Of a stretch of 64,000 bases of DNA, positions 30,952-43,904 are shown piece after piece. The position numbers and the translations under genes were made by a program. Under the pieces are notes generated by a model. The model had not been told where the DNA came from. It worked only from the letters and a program-made list of their open reading frames with translations, and did not search any database. Origin of the DNA: Eledone cirrhosa (Eukaryota); NCBI GenBank assembly GCA_964016885.1, contig OZ024747.1, forward strand, positions 15,376,001-15,440,000, read 5' to 3'. The stretch's first letter is position 1. Every line of letters starts with the position of its first letter.

Positions 30952-31447
30952 TAATGATTCATTTTTGTAAATCTCCAACGCTTAAATGTTAACCGATCTG
31001 GATATTTCAGTTAGGAAGCAGTCAATAAGTTCACAAATGTCTCTCATTGCATCCTGTCCTGTGTCGTACATAGTCAAGACTTTCCTTTAAATCATTTCTG
31101 TAACAAAAAGTGCTGTCCTCTGCATGGCCTTGCATCATTTTCGATTCTATTTACAGTCCTCAAAACTGTCCGATAACCGATCTCAATGCTCTGATCACTA
31201 CTGGAGTCATTAAAACCATCATAATCTTCAAACAGCTTTTCAACCTATTCTTGCAACCTCAGATATTCATGACGTATCGGAGGGTCCTCCTTCTTCTCAG
31301 TAGGCATGCCTTTTGAAATGTTCCAAAACAAGTAGCCGGCCTAATGGTTTTCAGCTAGCCTTGGAAACTCTTCGAGACAGTACCTAGTGATTTTATGATG
31401 ATGGGGGAAGACATGATCTCATGACAGTCCCAAATCCTATTATTATT

Positions 31448-31864
31448 ATTGGCAGTATCGGTAGAGGGTCGGACACCATACATTCCAGCATAGTTACGTC
31501 CCTTTACGGTCTGAGTCCAAATCTTAACTTTTCCTTTCATCCTTACGGGGTCGATAAAATAAAGTACCAGTAATGTACCGGGTAATTGCTGGTCTTGTAC
31601 CAAAACTAGAAACAATTATTATTATCATTCATTAGGGCGGTGGATTGGCAATATCGGTAGAAGGTCGGACGCCATGCTTTGCAGCATAGAATTACGACCA
31701 TTTGTGATCTGAGTTCAAATCCCGCCGAGGTTAACTTTGCCTTTCATCCTTAAGGGGTCGATAAAATAAAGTATCATCACGCGCTGGCGTCGATTAAATC
31801 GACCTTCACTTCCTTCAAAATTGCTGGCCTTGAGCCTATAGTAGTACCAATTATTATTATTATT
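31448..31864 (+). mobile_element. Two tandem SINE copies (short and long subtype)
   Basis: 31448-31625 and 31635-31864, each with A/B boxes, core and (ATT)n tail. Confidence 0.9.
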
Positions 31865-32108
31865 CATAACGCCTTTTCTCTGGCAGATGTTATACCAAAA
31901 GGGCGAGTCATAGCCAATGACCAAAGGTTCTTTCGGTCATTCCTATTCCTTAAACTTTCTAACGACCTTCTCAAAATCCTTGTTGTTCCTAGCAAGGTTG
32001 TCTCCCATACACACCTCATCTTGATGGTAATACCCAACTTCTCAAGCTATGCATTTAATTTTTGACTGACTGCTCCCAGTGCGCCAACCACAGACACACA
32101 GACATGCA

Positions 32109-32630
<522 letters not shown>

Positions 32631-32644
32631 ATATATATATTATA

Positions 32645-32716
<72 letters not shown>

Positions 32717-32990
32717 TAGGATACTATTTACAGTTATGTATATTTTAACTTTTTATAGTTATGTATATTTTAAACTATAAACAGGGAAGGTCAGTAATGT
32801 ATTACTACCTTATTACCAGTAAGATAAATAGCTCAATGTAATAACATCAGTTGTTCTACAGAGCAGTTATATAGAATTAACAAGAATCAAAGCTATGTTC
32901 AAAGCATTTATTCACTTACAATTTTTTCATCCAAACCTAGGCTTGGAGTCTTCGGAGCCTATATAGGTTTTGGAAGAGTTGCTAGTTCTG

Positions 32991-33320
32991 ACCTATATAG
33001 GCTCTACTTCGAACTGCTTCAAAACCAGATACAACTCACATCTCCATTCTTTCAAAAAACACAGTCTGGCCAACTCCACTTCACTATCTAGCTACGTACA
33101 CTATCTGAAAACTAGAAATAGATCATATAAACTTCAATGGGAAGTGATAGGTAAGGCGGCATCGTACAAACTACCTAATACATTCAGTAACCTCTGTCTA
33201 CTAGAGACTCATACTATAATCTTTTCGAACCTTAACCTCCATAATAAAAAATCGGAAGTGTTTGCAGCGTACCAGCACCGCTTCCGACACTCCTTCCAAA
33301 GCTTTAAACCCAATATATAA
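32991..33320 (+). pseudogene. GIY-YIG endonuclease domain of a Penelope-like element (truncated before YIG)
   Basis: TYIGSTSNCFKTRYNSHLHSF...TSLSSYVHYLK...WEVI...NLCLLE...NKKSE...QH, typical of the Neptune-clade endonuclease; the GIY half is missing. Confidence 0.9.
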
Positions 33321-34756
33321 CAATGTCAGACTTGAATCCATCACCACTTCTAACACTACACCTCAAGGGCATGCCTTACACCCCTACACCACACGCTCTG
33401 ATCCACTCTTCCCTCGACACAAATCATTCTATCTATCTATAACTTTATACCCTAGAAATATCCCCATAAACACCAACTTTTAGTATAATTTAAATTACTT
33501 ATAATTATATAGGGACTGAAATATAATAGTCTATATAAACTTTAAATAATAGATACGGTAGTGAATTGTATATACATCTATAATTAAATGTATAGAGTAA
33601 TAACATAAGATATATATAGGATTAATTTATTAACATAAGGGATCTGTCTAACTTATATGTAGGGTTGTGCAATGAATTATATATGAGTTATATATGCATG
33701 TATAACTTGATGGATAGATTAATGACATTGTAAATGAGGGATGTATTTGTTTACCCAAGAGTTGTATTTGATTTTATCATGCAAACAGCCGTATGCTGCT
33801 CCATAGCTTACCGGGGGTTATGTAGACAAAATTCTAATTGGTCCTCTGATATGTTTTGAGAGTAGACTGTATTTACAGTGAATTTTGATATAAAGATATG
33901 GCACTTTGTCTGGGAAATTCAATTATAGCGCTATATAATAAGGAGTAATCAACTTCCTATAGATACCTTTAATACATTATTATAGAGTAGACTGTATTTA
34001 AAATTAGATAAATATATAACCTTTTATATAAGGGACTCAATTGCGGCACCATATAATGTATGTTAGAACAATGAATTTAGTTATGAGAATCAGCTAGTTA
34101 CCTCCCCTTACGCATTAACTCCCCTTAATTACACACCTACTTCCGGATAATAAGCCACTGTAAATTCTCGCAGCAGAAAGAACCTATTCTATAAATATGG
34201 ATTAAATAACACGGAGCCACAATACCTTACAATCATTTATACTACATCAAACATTCAATACGAATTCACCGTAACATATGTGATGGATGAAAAAACTATA
34301 ACTTCCTTTTTCTGAATCTGAAAATGGTGGTGGATGAGAAAACTATAACTTTCTTTTTCTTTTTCTGCACACATACTTTTTTGATCTATACAAAAAAAAC
34401 CCTACCACTACAACCACCATAATACTCTTGCTTACCCGCTTAAAGTGCTTGCATTACATGTAACACCTTGCCACACAATACTTGTATATAAATGAGACAC
34501 ACTTGCATGCTCCATGTATCACTAATGCATACACTATCTACTAGATCTGATTATCGAACTATCCTCTTGCATTATCTGTGTTATCTGCCGCATGTATTTT
34601 AATTTTAATTTTAATTTTGACTTTTAATTTGAATTGCTGTACAAATACAGTATAGTATAATATAAGTCACTCCACTGTACATCAATATACATATATATGT
34701 ATCTGTATGTCTCTTGCGTTGGATAGGAGGTCAATTATATGTACAAGCATTGAAAA

Positions 34757-34805
34757 ATGCTCCGAAGACTCCAAGCCTAGGTTTGGATGAAACAATTGTA
34801 AGTGA
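34757..34805 (+). ncRNA. Minimal hammerhead-like motif in pLTR (U4C variant)
   Basis: CCGAAGA-C-TCCAAGCC-TA-GGTTTGGA-T-GAAA-CAATTG-TA with palindromic stem III. Confidence 0.65.
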
Positions 34806-34853
34806 ATAAATGCTTTGAACATAGCTTTGATTCTTGTGAATTTTCTCTCTCTC

Positions 34854-35006
<153 letters not shown>

Positions 35007-35041
35007 ATACATGTATATATATATATACATATATATATATT

Positions 35042-35620
35042 AAATACAAATATTAATGAAATAGATGTTCTTTTGATCAATTACATTTTATTATACATAC
35101 ATCGGATGCACAACAGTACGTCCTCATCAGACAAAATATAATGATACATGACATACCCTGAGATGTTAAAAGGTTAAGATATAATCAAGGTACATTGATT
35201 AAATCTTAACCTTTTAACATCTCAGGGTATGTCATGTATCATTATATGTTGTCTGATTGGAGGATTGGCAGTATCGGTAGAGGATCGGACGCCATGCTTT
35301 GACGCATAGAGTTACGGTCCTTGCCATTCTGAGTTCAAATCTCGCCGAGGTTAACTTTGCCTTTCATCCTTACGGGGTCGATAAAATAAAGTACCAGTAA
35401 TACACTGGGTAATTGCTGGCCTTGTGCCAAAAGTAGAAACAATTATATGTTGTCTGATATATGTATAATAAAATATAATTGATCAAAAGAACATCTATTT
35501 TATTAATATTTGTATTTTAATATTAATAACTCCGGAAAAATATTTTACACGTAGAGTGCTTCCAATCTAATGTAAAACTCATTCCTTGACATACTCATTG
35601 AATATTGCTTAACACTTTAA
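35042..35620 (+). mobile_element. Foldback element in (TA)n with a SINE inserted in the right arm
   Basis: Arms 35042-35180 / 35203-35517; SINE 35258-35441 with 17-bp TSD ATTATATGTTGTCTGAT; extension with ACTC...GAGTGCT. Confidence 0.85.
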
Positions 35621-35729
35621 TATATATATATATATATATATATACGTGTGTGTGAGTGTGTGTGTGTGTGCGTGCGCGCGCGTGTGCGTGTGTTTGTATG
35701 TGTAAGTATGTATTTATGTTTGTATTAAA

Positions 35730-35853
<124 letters not shown>

Positions 35854-36736
35854 TGAATACGTTTTCTTAGTTTGTGAAAACAAACTTTAAGAATCTATAC
35901 ACACATACATATATAAATGTGTGTGTAAATGTATGTGAATGTATGTGTTTGTGTGTGTGAATGTATGTGTATGTGTGTTTGTGTGTCTGAATGTATGTGT
36001 GTTTGTGTGTGTGTGTGTGTGTGTGAGTGTGTGTATGTGTGTGTAGATATACATATACATATTCATCATATATGCTGATGATATGATGCGATTACCTGTT
36101 TCACTATTCAAAGGCATTTCTATTCTGCATTGTCTACAATCTCAGGCAATTCTTATGCTGACTTAGCCATCTAAAGTAGATGTTAAACTCACAAAATTGC
36201 TAATATTATGTGAATATTAGTAAAATAAAATGCAGGTCTAGTCGGCGTTTAATTATAATAAAAAAGACATCTTATTGTTTACTTCATCTTTCACGTAAAT
36301 TGCCATTTCATGTAGATTATGAATTTAAAATGTATCTCCTTGTCGTTTTCTTTTTTTCGAACTCTGCTTACTTTGAAACGGAATATCAATGAAAAGACTA
36401 AAACTAAACCGGGGAAAGATATAATTTAGTGAATATTCATAATATATCTATAGGTGTTTCTTTAATATACAATGAAAGACAAAGATAAGAGTTTAAGTAA
36501 CACTACAAGAATCTTTAAATAATATTATACTTTTTTCCTTTGCTTAGTTCGTTTGATTTTATTTGCATTTTTCTAGTGTATTTATTTGTTGGTGATGCCG
36601 GGTTTAATTCATATCAAAGTAATAACTGAATATTTCATTAAATTTTAATTTTCTTATAATGTAGTATAAGTTAAAGACGTCAAAGTTTAATGGTAATTTA
36701 CGTCGTGAAACATCTATTTGCGTTAAAGTGGGATAA

Positions 36737-37137
36737 TAATGATTTCTAGTATAGGTACAAGGCTAGCAATTTGAAGGGGGAAGGGAAAGTCGATTAAATC
36801 GACCCCAGTGCATTACTCGTGCTTTATATACCCCGTAAGGATGAAAGGCAAAGTTAACCTCGGCGGGTTTTGAACTCAGATCATAAAGGGCCATAACTCT
36901 ATGCTGCAAAGCATGGTTTCCGACTCTACCGATACTGCCAATCCACCGCCCTTGTTGTATAATAATAATAATTGATTCTACTTCAGGCATAATTCCATCA
37001 ATTTGAAGGGGAAAGGAAAGTCGATTAAATCGACCACAGATCATTACTGGTACTTTATTTTATCGATCCCGTAAGGATGAAAGGCAAAGTTAACCTGGGC
37101 AGGATTTGAACTCAGACCATAAAGGGGCGTAACTCTA
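36737..37137 (-). mobile_element. Two tandem SINE copies (long subtype); the second is cut at the LINE 3' end
   Basis: 36737-36951 and 36967-37137. Confidence 0.9.
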
Positions 37138-37138
37138 A

Positions 37139-38110
37139 TAATAGTTGTTTCATTTATTGGCCACAATGACCGACATATAAGAGACAATACAAAGAGAGGG
37201 ACAGGCGTGGGTGGGGTTTACAATGAAATCGAGTAAATATCGAAAATAACAATAACAAGCAACAAGAAAAATAAAACAATGAAAATTCCCTAGGGGTGAC
37301 ACAAGTATCAGACCAATCCGGAACCACCAGTCGCTTCTATGGCACCCGAGAGGGGTACCGTTCTCCCCCTCAAATTAACCAGCCTACAGGCGTAGGATCA
37401 GAGTAGGCACATTCCATTGAACCATTCTCGACACATTCCCCCACCTTTTAGCAAATGTACTGGGGAAGGAGCAGTATTTTTCTCTCCACCCTCACCTTCC
37501 TTTCCAAGTGAAAATTGCAAAGGTTGTTGAGAGATTGGCCGAAGAGAAAATTGTCTGGCTTCAGTCCATTCAACCTGGTCCCCCACACAACCTCTTTCTC
37601 CACCGCAATCAGACAGAGGAGAACTACCTGCCCTTCTCCGCCAAAGGAAGGAGGCAGGTCGATCTTCAATATGGTCTCGGTCGATAGCTGAATCTGTTCT
37701 ACACGCGACAATAGCTATTCGACATAACTCCACAAGTCAGTAATTGACGGACACCGGACGAGTGCATGCAAAACGGTTTCGCCGCTATGTGTGCATCTCG
37801 AACAACTCCGTCTGACAGCAGTACCATGACTTAAGAACTTATTTTGAACCGGCAGGAATCCCTGGTAGCACTGCCATGCGAGGGTCTTCTGGAAATTGTC
37901 CATAGTCCCCGGATCGAAAGTTCTCCGGATCAGACTGTTCATTTCTACTTCGTTGATGCTCAGAGCCTATGCGAGAGCGTCGTCGCATGGAACTCGAGCG
38001 TTCTATAGAAGTCGACAATGAAAGTTCCATTGACCGAATAGTCTGACTGGTAGAGGGCAGTATGTGCCTGGCAACAGTCCAGATGCCAGCCGTCCTTTCC
38101 CGGTCTCTTC
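37139..38110 (-). pseudogene. Tx1/L1-clade LINE 3' remnant (zf-RVT region and 3' UTR)
   Basis: AWQCYQGFLPVQNKF...CSRCTHSGETVLHALVRC...W zinc-binding motif; AATAAA near the 3' end at ~37153-37158; frameshifted. Confidence 0.85.
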
Positions 38111-38381
38111 ATGACCTAGGACTGTAGCTCAATATAAAAGACGAGCTTTGGAAATATCTATCGCACAGACGGTGACCACACCTGTTCACAGTTTAGGGAG
38201 GATATATGCCGCAGCCTCACTGAATGATTCTACATCATTCCCCACAGCAAGCCCAGCCATCCGTCTACTAGGTGCCGGCAACAGACGAACCGCCCCACCA
38301 ACTGAATCATTCATGTTTCCTATGCTAGGCGACGCCGTTCAATATTACAAATTATAATTTTAAGCAGATTCTAAACTATAA

Positions 38382-38571
38382 ATAATTGTTTCTACTTTTG
38401 GCACAAGGCCAGCAATTACCCAGTACATTACTGGTACTTTATTTTATCGTCCCTGTAAGGATGAAAGGCAAAGTTAACCTCGACGGGATTTAAACTCAGA
38501 CCGGAAATGGACGTAACTATGCTAGAAAGCATAGCGTTCAACCCTCTACCCATACTGCCAATTCACCGCCC
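38382..38571 (-). mobile_element. tRNA-derived SINE with TSD
   Basis: Full copy flanked by TTCTAAAYTATAAATAA. Confidence 0.92.
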
Positions 38572-39046
38572 TTCTAAATTATAAATAATAAACTATCATC
38601 ATATCATTCTTATGCTTAACTCTGACAGTCGTTTAGTTTCCAGTCTTGATGCCATGGCTATCAACAATCGGTGCTGATCACTCTCTTTCGTTACACACAG
38701 AAAGGCTAGCATTGCAATGATGAATGGTTTTCTATTGGGAATCATTGTGATGTCGTTGTTCATATTAGGTAAGCTTTTGTCTTTTCACTGTATTATTGAG
38801 TACCTGCCAGCATATTTGGTGAGTTGCTACCTGAACAATGTGCGCGTCTCATGTATGAGGTGCTGCTTCTGAACCGCGTATGGTGGATCCTCTGGAATTT
38901 TCGTTCAATTTGGACTGTAATTCTCAAAAATTTTTAACCGCTGAGAAAGACCAAAGTCACGAGGTAACTGTAAATTTCACGTTGGTAAAAGCATGGACAT
39001 TGCTGCCGCCTTACTGAAATATAGCTTTTCTGTAACGCACTAAGCA

Positions 39047-39077
<31 letters not shown>

Positions 39078-39079
<2 letters not shown>

Positions 39080-39226
39080 AAGAAAAAGGGATGAAATCGA
39101 AAATGCAACTGAAGTCTTATTTTTTTTTTAAATATATATATTTATTTGGTTCCTTTACCGGTTTCGCAGTTCTTCTGCTTTTCAAAAGGTGAGTTGAGAT
39201 GGAGGGTCTGTGGTTTTTCTCACATT
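39078..39226 (-). mobile_element. Short (TA)n-embedded element with U3-A8 hammerhead-like core (second copy 43195-43342 on +)
   Basis: Minus strand CCTT-TTGAAAA-GCAG-AAGAA-CTGC-GAAA-CCGG-TA-AAGG. Confidence 0.7.
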
Positions 39227-39356
39227 AATATATATATATATATATATATATATTAATTTTTATTAAAATATTTGCTCTATGGTTCTTATATATTTGATAT
39301 ATATTTTCCTTATCGAGCCCTCTTTGGATTTTAGTCTTCAATTTTATTATTATTAC

Positions 39357-39420
<64 letters not shown>

Positions 39421-42400
39421 TGTGTGTGTGTGTGTGTGTGTGTTTGCGTGCGAGCGTGCGTGTGTGTGTTGTGTCTGTATGTGAGTGTAAGTGTGTGTGA
39501 GTGTGTGTAAATCAAAAATATCTCGGTATTTGCTCCGGCTTATTGCAATTTGAGATTAAATTCCGTTGAGGTCAACTTTTCTTTCATCCTGTTTAGGTTG
39601 ATTCACAAAATACTGTCCAAATTCTGAAGTCATTTCTTTCGTCATGGTGAGAATATAAATATTATTCTATTTCATGAGGTCATTAAGATTGATCAATTCA
39701 TGAAGGATAACTATTGTCAAACAGTCAATTAGTTCATCATACAAGTGGAGTGATGTTGCTGGTAAAAACTGTATAAAATATTACTTTAAACTATTTAGTT
39801 CAGTGTTTCAAATTCCACATCTAACAATCACTCTTGTATCCAGATTTCCTATTCGAGTTAATAAATATAAGTTCATACAAATATTCTTATACGGTTTAAT
39901 TTTATCGCCTAAACCACAGCCGCCATCACCGTTAAAAGTTACTTTCTCTTTACTCGAATGAAACCCTTATTATATTCATATCATGTTTGATAGGGATCAC
40001 TTCTGTCACGCATATTTTAAGTCAGTTAAGTCTATTTTGCTCCATTTGATTAAAATTATATACAGAAGAAAAAAAGTTATAAATTAAAGCGTATAAAGCA
40101 ACGCATTTCTAACTGCTTTCTAATGCGCCCATTATACGTTAGCGATTGTATTTTTCTTCTTCTTGCTTCTTATAACTTGTATACTGATTTTAACCTCATA
40201 CTTTATAGAAATACAATTATTTCTTTCGTAGGAAAAATAAAAGGATTTTATTGGATGCAGGTTTTCATGTTGCCTTTAATATTCTTTACAAGATCATAGA
40301 GAAATAACTATCAAAATTGTATGTAAATTATACCAATAAAGCATATATATGCATGCTTAAATAAAGGCAATTCCTATCAATAAACCTGGGTTTCCAATTT
40401 AGCACAACATCTCTTTGTCGCAAGAAACTGGAGCTTGTAAATGTTTTACATATAAATGGAATATTTTGTAGCAGCTTTCAATGGATAAAAACCTTAGGCT
40501 GTAAAGGTCTGACGCAGACTACATACAGTGACAATCATATGTCTTCTCAATATAGCCGACAACTAGCAGTTGTATTAGTTCAACCCCACTCCTAGCTAGC
40601 TAGCTAGCTGCACCTGCAACTTAAACAAATGCTAATTTATTCAGATTATTCTCATTGGCTCGAGTATTACTACAAGTCACAATGGTGTCTTTTTTCTTAT
40701 TGTTTTTTCTTCTTCTTCCCAAGCCACCTACTCTTTCAAAACAACATACTTATTTATTTCTTTTCTGCTTTTATCTTTTGTCATTATTTGTTTCCAAGTA
40801 TTAAACTCTACTCTATCGTAAAAAAAAATTACTTTTACAAGAAAATATTCATTCATGCGCACATTGGGTGGTCTTGAACATTCCAATTTTCCCGCCAAAC
40901 GAGAATGTATAATGAGAAGAACGCATTATAATAAAGGATGGAAAAGAAGATGTCAATTTGTGAATAGCTGTGAGAAATAATCTTTTAAAATTGACTTAAG
41001 TATTATAAAGCAGCTTCTCCCGTTTTACATAATCAACATTCATGAAGAACTATTATCTCTCTTTTCATCGCGGTATAAAGGCTCAGAAGTTAAATATCTA
41101 TTACATAGTTAAACTAAAATACATTGAGTGCTTGGGAATATAGGGAACTATATTATATTTAAGGAATGAAAAAAATAATGTTTCTTACATTTTATATATT
41201 CCTAATTTTATATTTTAGATTTGTATGCTAATGTTTTACATATCTTTTCTTAAACAATTGTATATTTTCCCAGAAATTGTTTTTAGACGTGTTGTCTTTC
41301 AACTATTTAAAGATACTTTGAAAAGTATGTTCATTATGTTTATTTAACTTACTTCTTGAGATTTCGTAATATAAATTGCAAATATATGCAAGCACTTGTT
41401 GACCTCTTGTTTAAATACTAGGAACCTAAAATCTGTTTCAATAAAAAGCGAGTAATATTACAAGAGTGCAATTTTAGGTATTAAAAATTAATGTTTTTTA
41501 AAACTTAATCTTATACAAATTTATATTGCCATTTTATGAGTAGATAGAAATGATGTATATTTTAGGAGAACAAATTTGAAACTGAGTAGTAACTCAAATA
41601 AGAATGATAGTGCTTCACTTATAACAAGATACATATATTGCGACTCCGGAAACTTTTATGTATCATCATCTCTCCACTTGTCTCGTTTATTTGCTATCTA
41701 CTCCGTTAGCTTTAGTGATCTGGGATCAGCTTTCACCATTTCCATTCAAATTTTCCTTGGTTTTCCTCAACTGTGTCACCCATCTACCTGAATTAATTCG
41801 TACGTCTTCCGCCAGCTATCGTCATCCATCCACATCACATGTCCATACCAACACAGTCTCATTTCATGTAAATTAATTCTGATTCCTTTAATGGATATAT
41901 TAGTACCAGTAATGCACTAGTTGATTGCTGGCCTTGTGCCTAATGTAGAAACAATTATTTTTATTACTCGCAATGGCTATCGTTAACATTTTATTTTCAG
42001 ATATAAGAGAAGACAGAAATGAAATTGAATTATGCTGTTCAGAATCTTTTTGGAATCGACATTGAGGTAATATGGCTTTATTCAGGAATTGAAACCGATT
42101 TCAAGATTGTGTACGATTGAATCTTAAATTACCTAAAGTCTATACGTACATTACACCACTCTTCATCAAAAGCTAGAACACAGTGCATGAGGCGGCCTAG
42201 ATTCTGGTGGTATTACATATTAAGTTTGAATGCAATGCCAATAAGAGATTGATTGTTACTGCAGAGTAACGAAGAGAAAACATAAAACGACGGCTCCAGC
42301 CTGATGCTGAAATCACCCACCAGAAATGTAATTGAAGCAGGCGGATTGATTTTTCTACTAAGAACACTATGCTGTAGCTTTGAAAGATGTGTTGGGAGTC

Positions 42401-42534
42401 TATGACTAATGTGGTGAGTATGGTGGGTAGGGTTGATTGAAAGATTATGATTTAGGTTGACTTCAGGTCATGGATTGCATGTGTTTGGTTTAGATTTATT
42501 ATTTGGTTATGTACTGCTTAAAGCAAATAATGGT

Positions 42535-42601
<67 letters not shown>

Positions 42602-42621
42602 GAATAAACCTGAATCATAAT

Positions 42622-42680
<59 letters not shown>

Positions 42681-42779
42681 GATCATACACAAAACGCCAG
42701 CACCAACAGTTTTGCAAAAGACGTCGTCAACATGAAGCTGTTATTTTTATCTAAATACATTTTTTCAAATTCCAACCGG

Positions 42780-42885
42780 CCAGTCACAGCAATCTATCTT
42801 ATTTCTCATTCTTTCTTCTGATGAAGAAATAGCGTCCGAAACGTTAAGACCCTCCTCTTGCTATATCAAGCGTTAACCTAATATA
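42780..42885 (+). ncRNA. Hammerhead-containing short repeat (family also at 54302-54600)
   Basis: TCTT-CTGATGA-AGAAATAGCGTCC-GAAACGTT-AAGA; stem II weakened in this copy. Confidence 0.65.
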
Positions 42886-42889
42886 TATA

Positions 42890-43087
42890 CAAAAGTACAG
42901 TATATTCGAAGTTCGAGTAGTAGCTAAGCCAACGGATGCCTTCAGCAGTGCAGCCAAGCACTCGACAAGGTATGGACCTCAGAGTAATAACATACAGTTT
43001 AAAGGGCTTTGCAAATTGAAAATAGCGACCGCTAATTCAGCTGCGTGAAATGTAGCAAAGAAAGTACTGACTAGTGAGAACAAAATA
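42890..43087 (-). mobile_element. ~195-bp microsatellite-embedded element (copies at 49501-49700 and 50123-50321)
   Basis: Three related copies, each with ACTCT...TCGAGTGCTT on the minus strand ~65-75 nt from the end. Confidence 0.8.
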
Positions 43088-43134
43088 CACACACACACAC
43101 ATACATACACACACATATATGTATACATATATAT

Positions 43135-43174
<40 letters not shown>

Positions 43175-43337
43175 AAAAAAAGATGAAAGAAAGATGTGAG
43201 AAAAACCACAGGCCCTCCATCTCAACTCTACTCTTGAAAATCAGAAGAACTGCGATACCGGTAAAGGAACCAAATAAATATATTTCACTCGTGTAGGACA
43301 CCTCGGTTATTTTTCATTTTGTAAAAAAACACCTCAC

Positions 43338-43417
<80 letters not shown>

Positions 43418-43667
43418 ATAATATATATATAAAAATAAAATATTTCGGATATTCAGGGCATGGCAGCGATAATAAGGGACAGAGACCGCTGGAGTGAACT
43501 CGTCCATGGATCTCGGGAATTTTACCCGCCTTAGATATATATATGTATATATATATACACATATACATATATATATATACACATATACATACGTATATGC
43601 ACATATATGTATATATAACACACACATGTATACACACACATATTTGTATATATATATATATATATAA

Positions 43668-43861
43668 CGAAGGAAATGTGGTAAGGAACCAGGTGGACCA
43701 TAACGCACCAAAGTACTCAATACTTAGGGTAGTAGAGTGGGTAATAAGAACCAGTAAGACCCCGAAGGCTGAGCTCAAGCCGTTTCGACGGCTAATTCTG
43801 GACTACATCCAGAATTAGCCGTAGAAACGGCTTGAGCTCAGCCGTCGGGGTCTTACTGGTT

Positions 43862-43862
<1 letters not shown>
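43668..43862 (-). mobile_element. Foldback element in (TA)n retaining the 3' half of a hammerhead
   Basis: Arms 43748-43802 / 43808-43862; GAA-ACGGCT-loop-AGCCGT-C (stem III plus GUC); left extension with ACTC...GAGTACT on minus; related fragment at 63787-63840. Confidence 0.8.

Positions 43863-43900
<38 letters not shown>

Positions 43901-43904
<4 letters not shown>

Larger units (their letters stand above)
30260..32075 (-). pseudogene. Cluster of R4/Dong-like C-terminal (restriction-like endonuclease) remnants interleaved with SINEs
   Basis: Minus-strand peptides LLGTTRILRRSLE followed by a UTR and (AAT)n tail (~31860-32010), PIIIKSLGTVSK...QKACLL (~31270-31410), IPVLMGVL (~30390-30410). 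Confidence 0.65.
32710..34840 (+). mobile_element. 5'-truncated Penelope-like (Neptune-type) retroelement with inverted pLTR
   Basis: GIY-YIG ORF; 79-bp inverted repeat 32880-32958 / 34759-34837 containing a hammerhead-like core; microsatellites at both ends. Confidence 0.85.
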
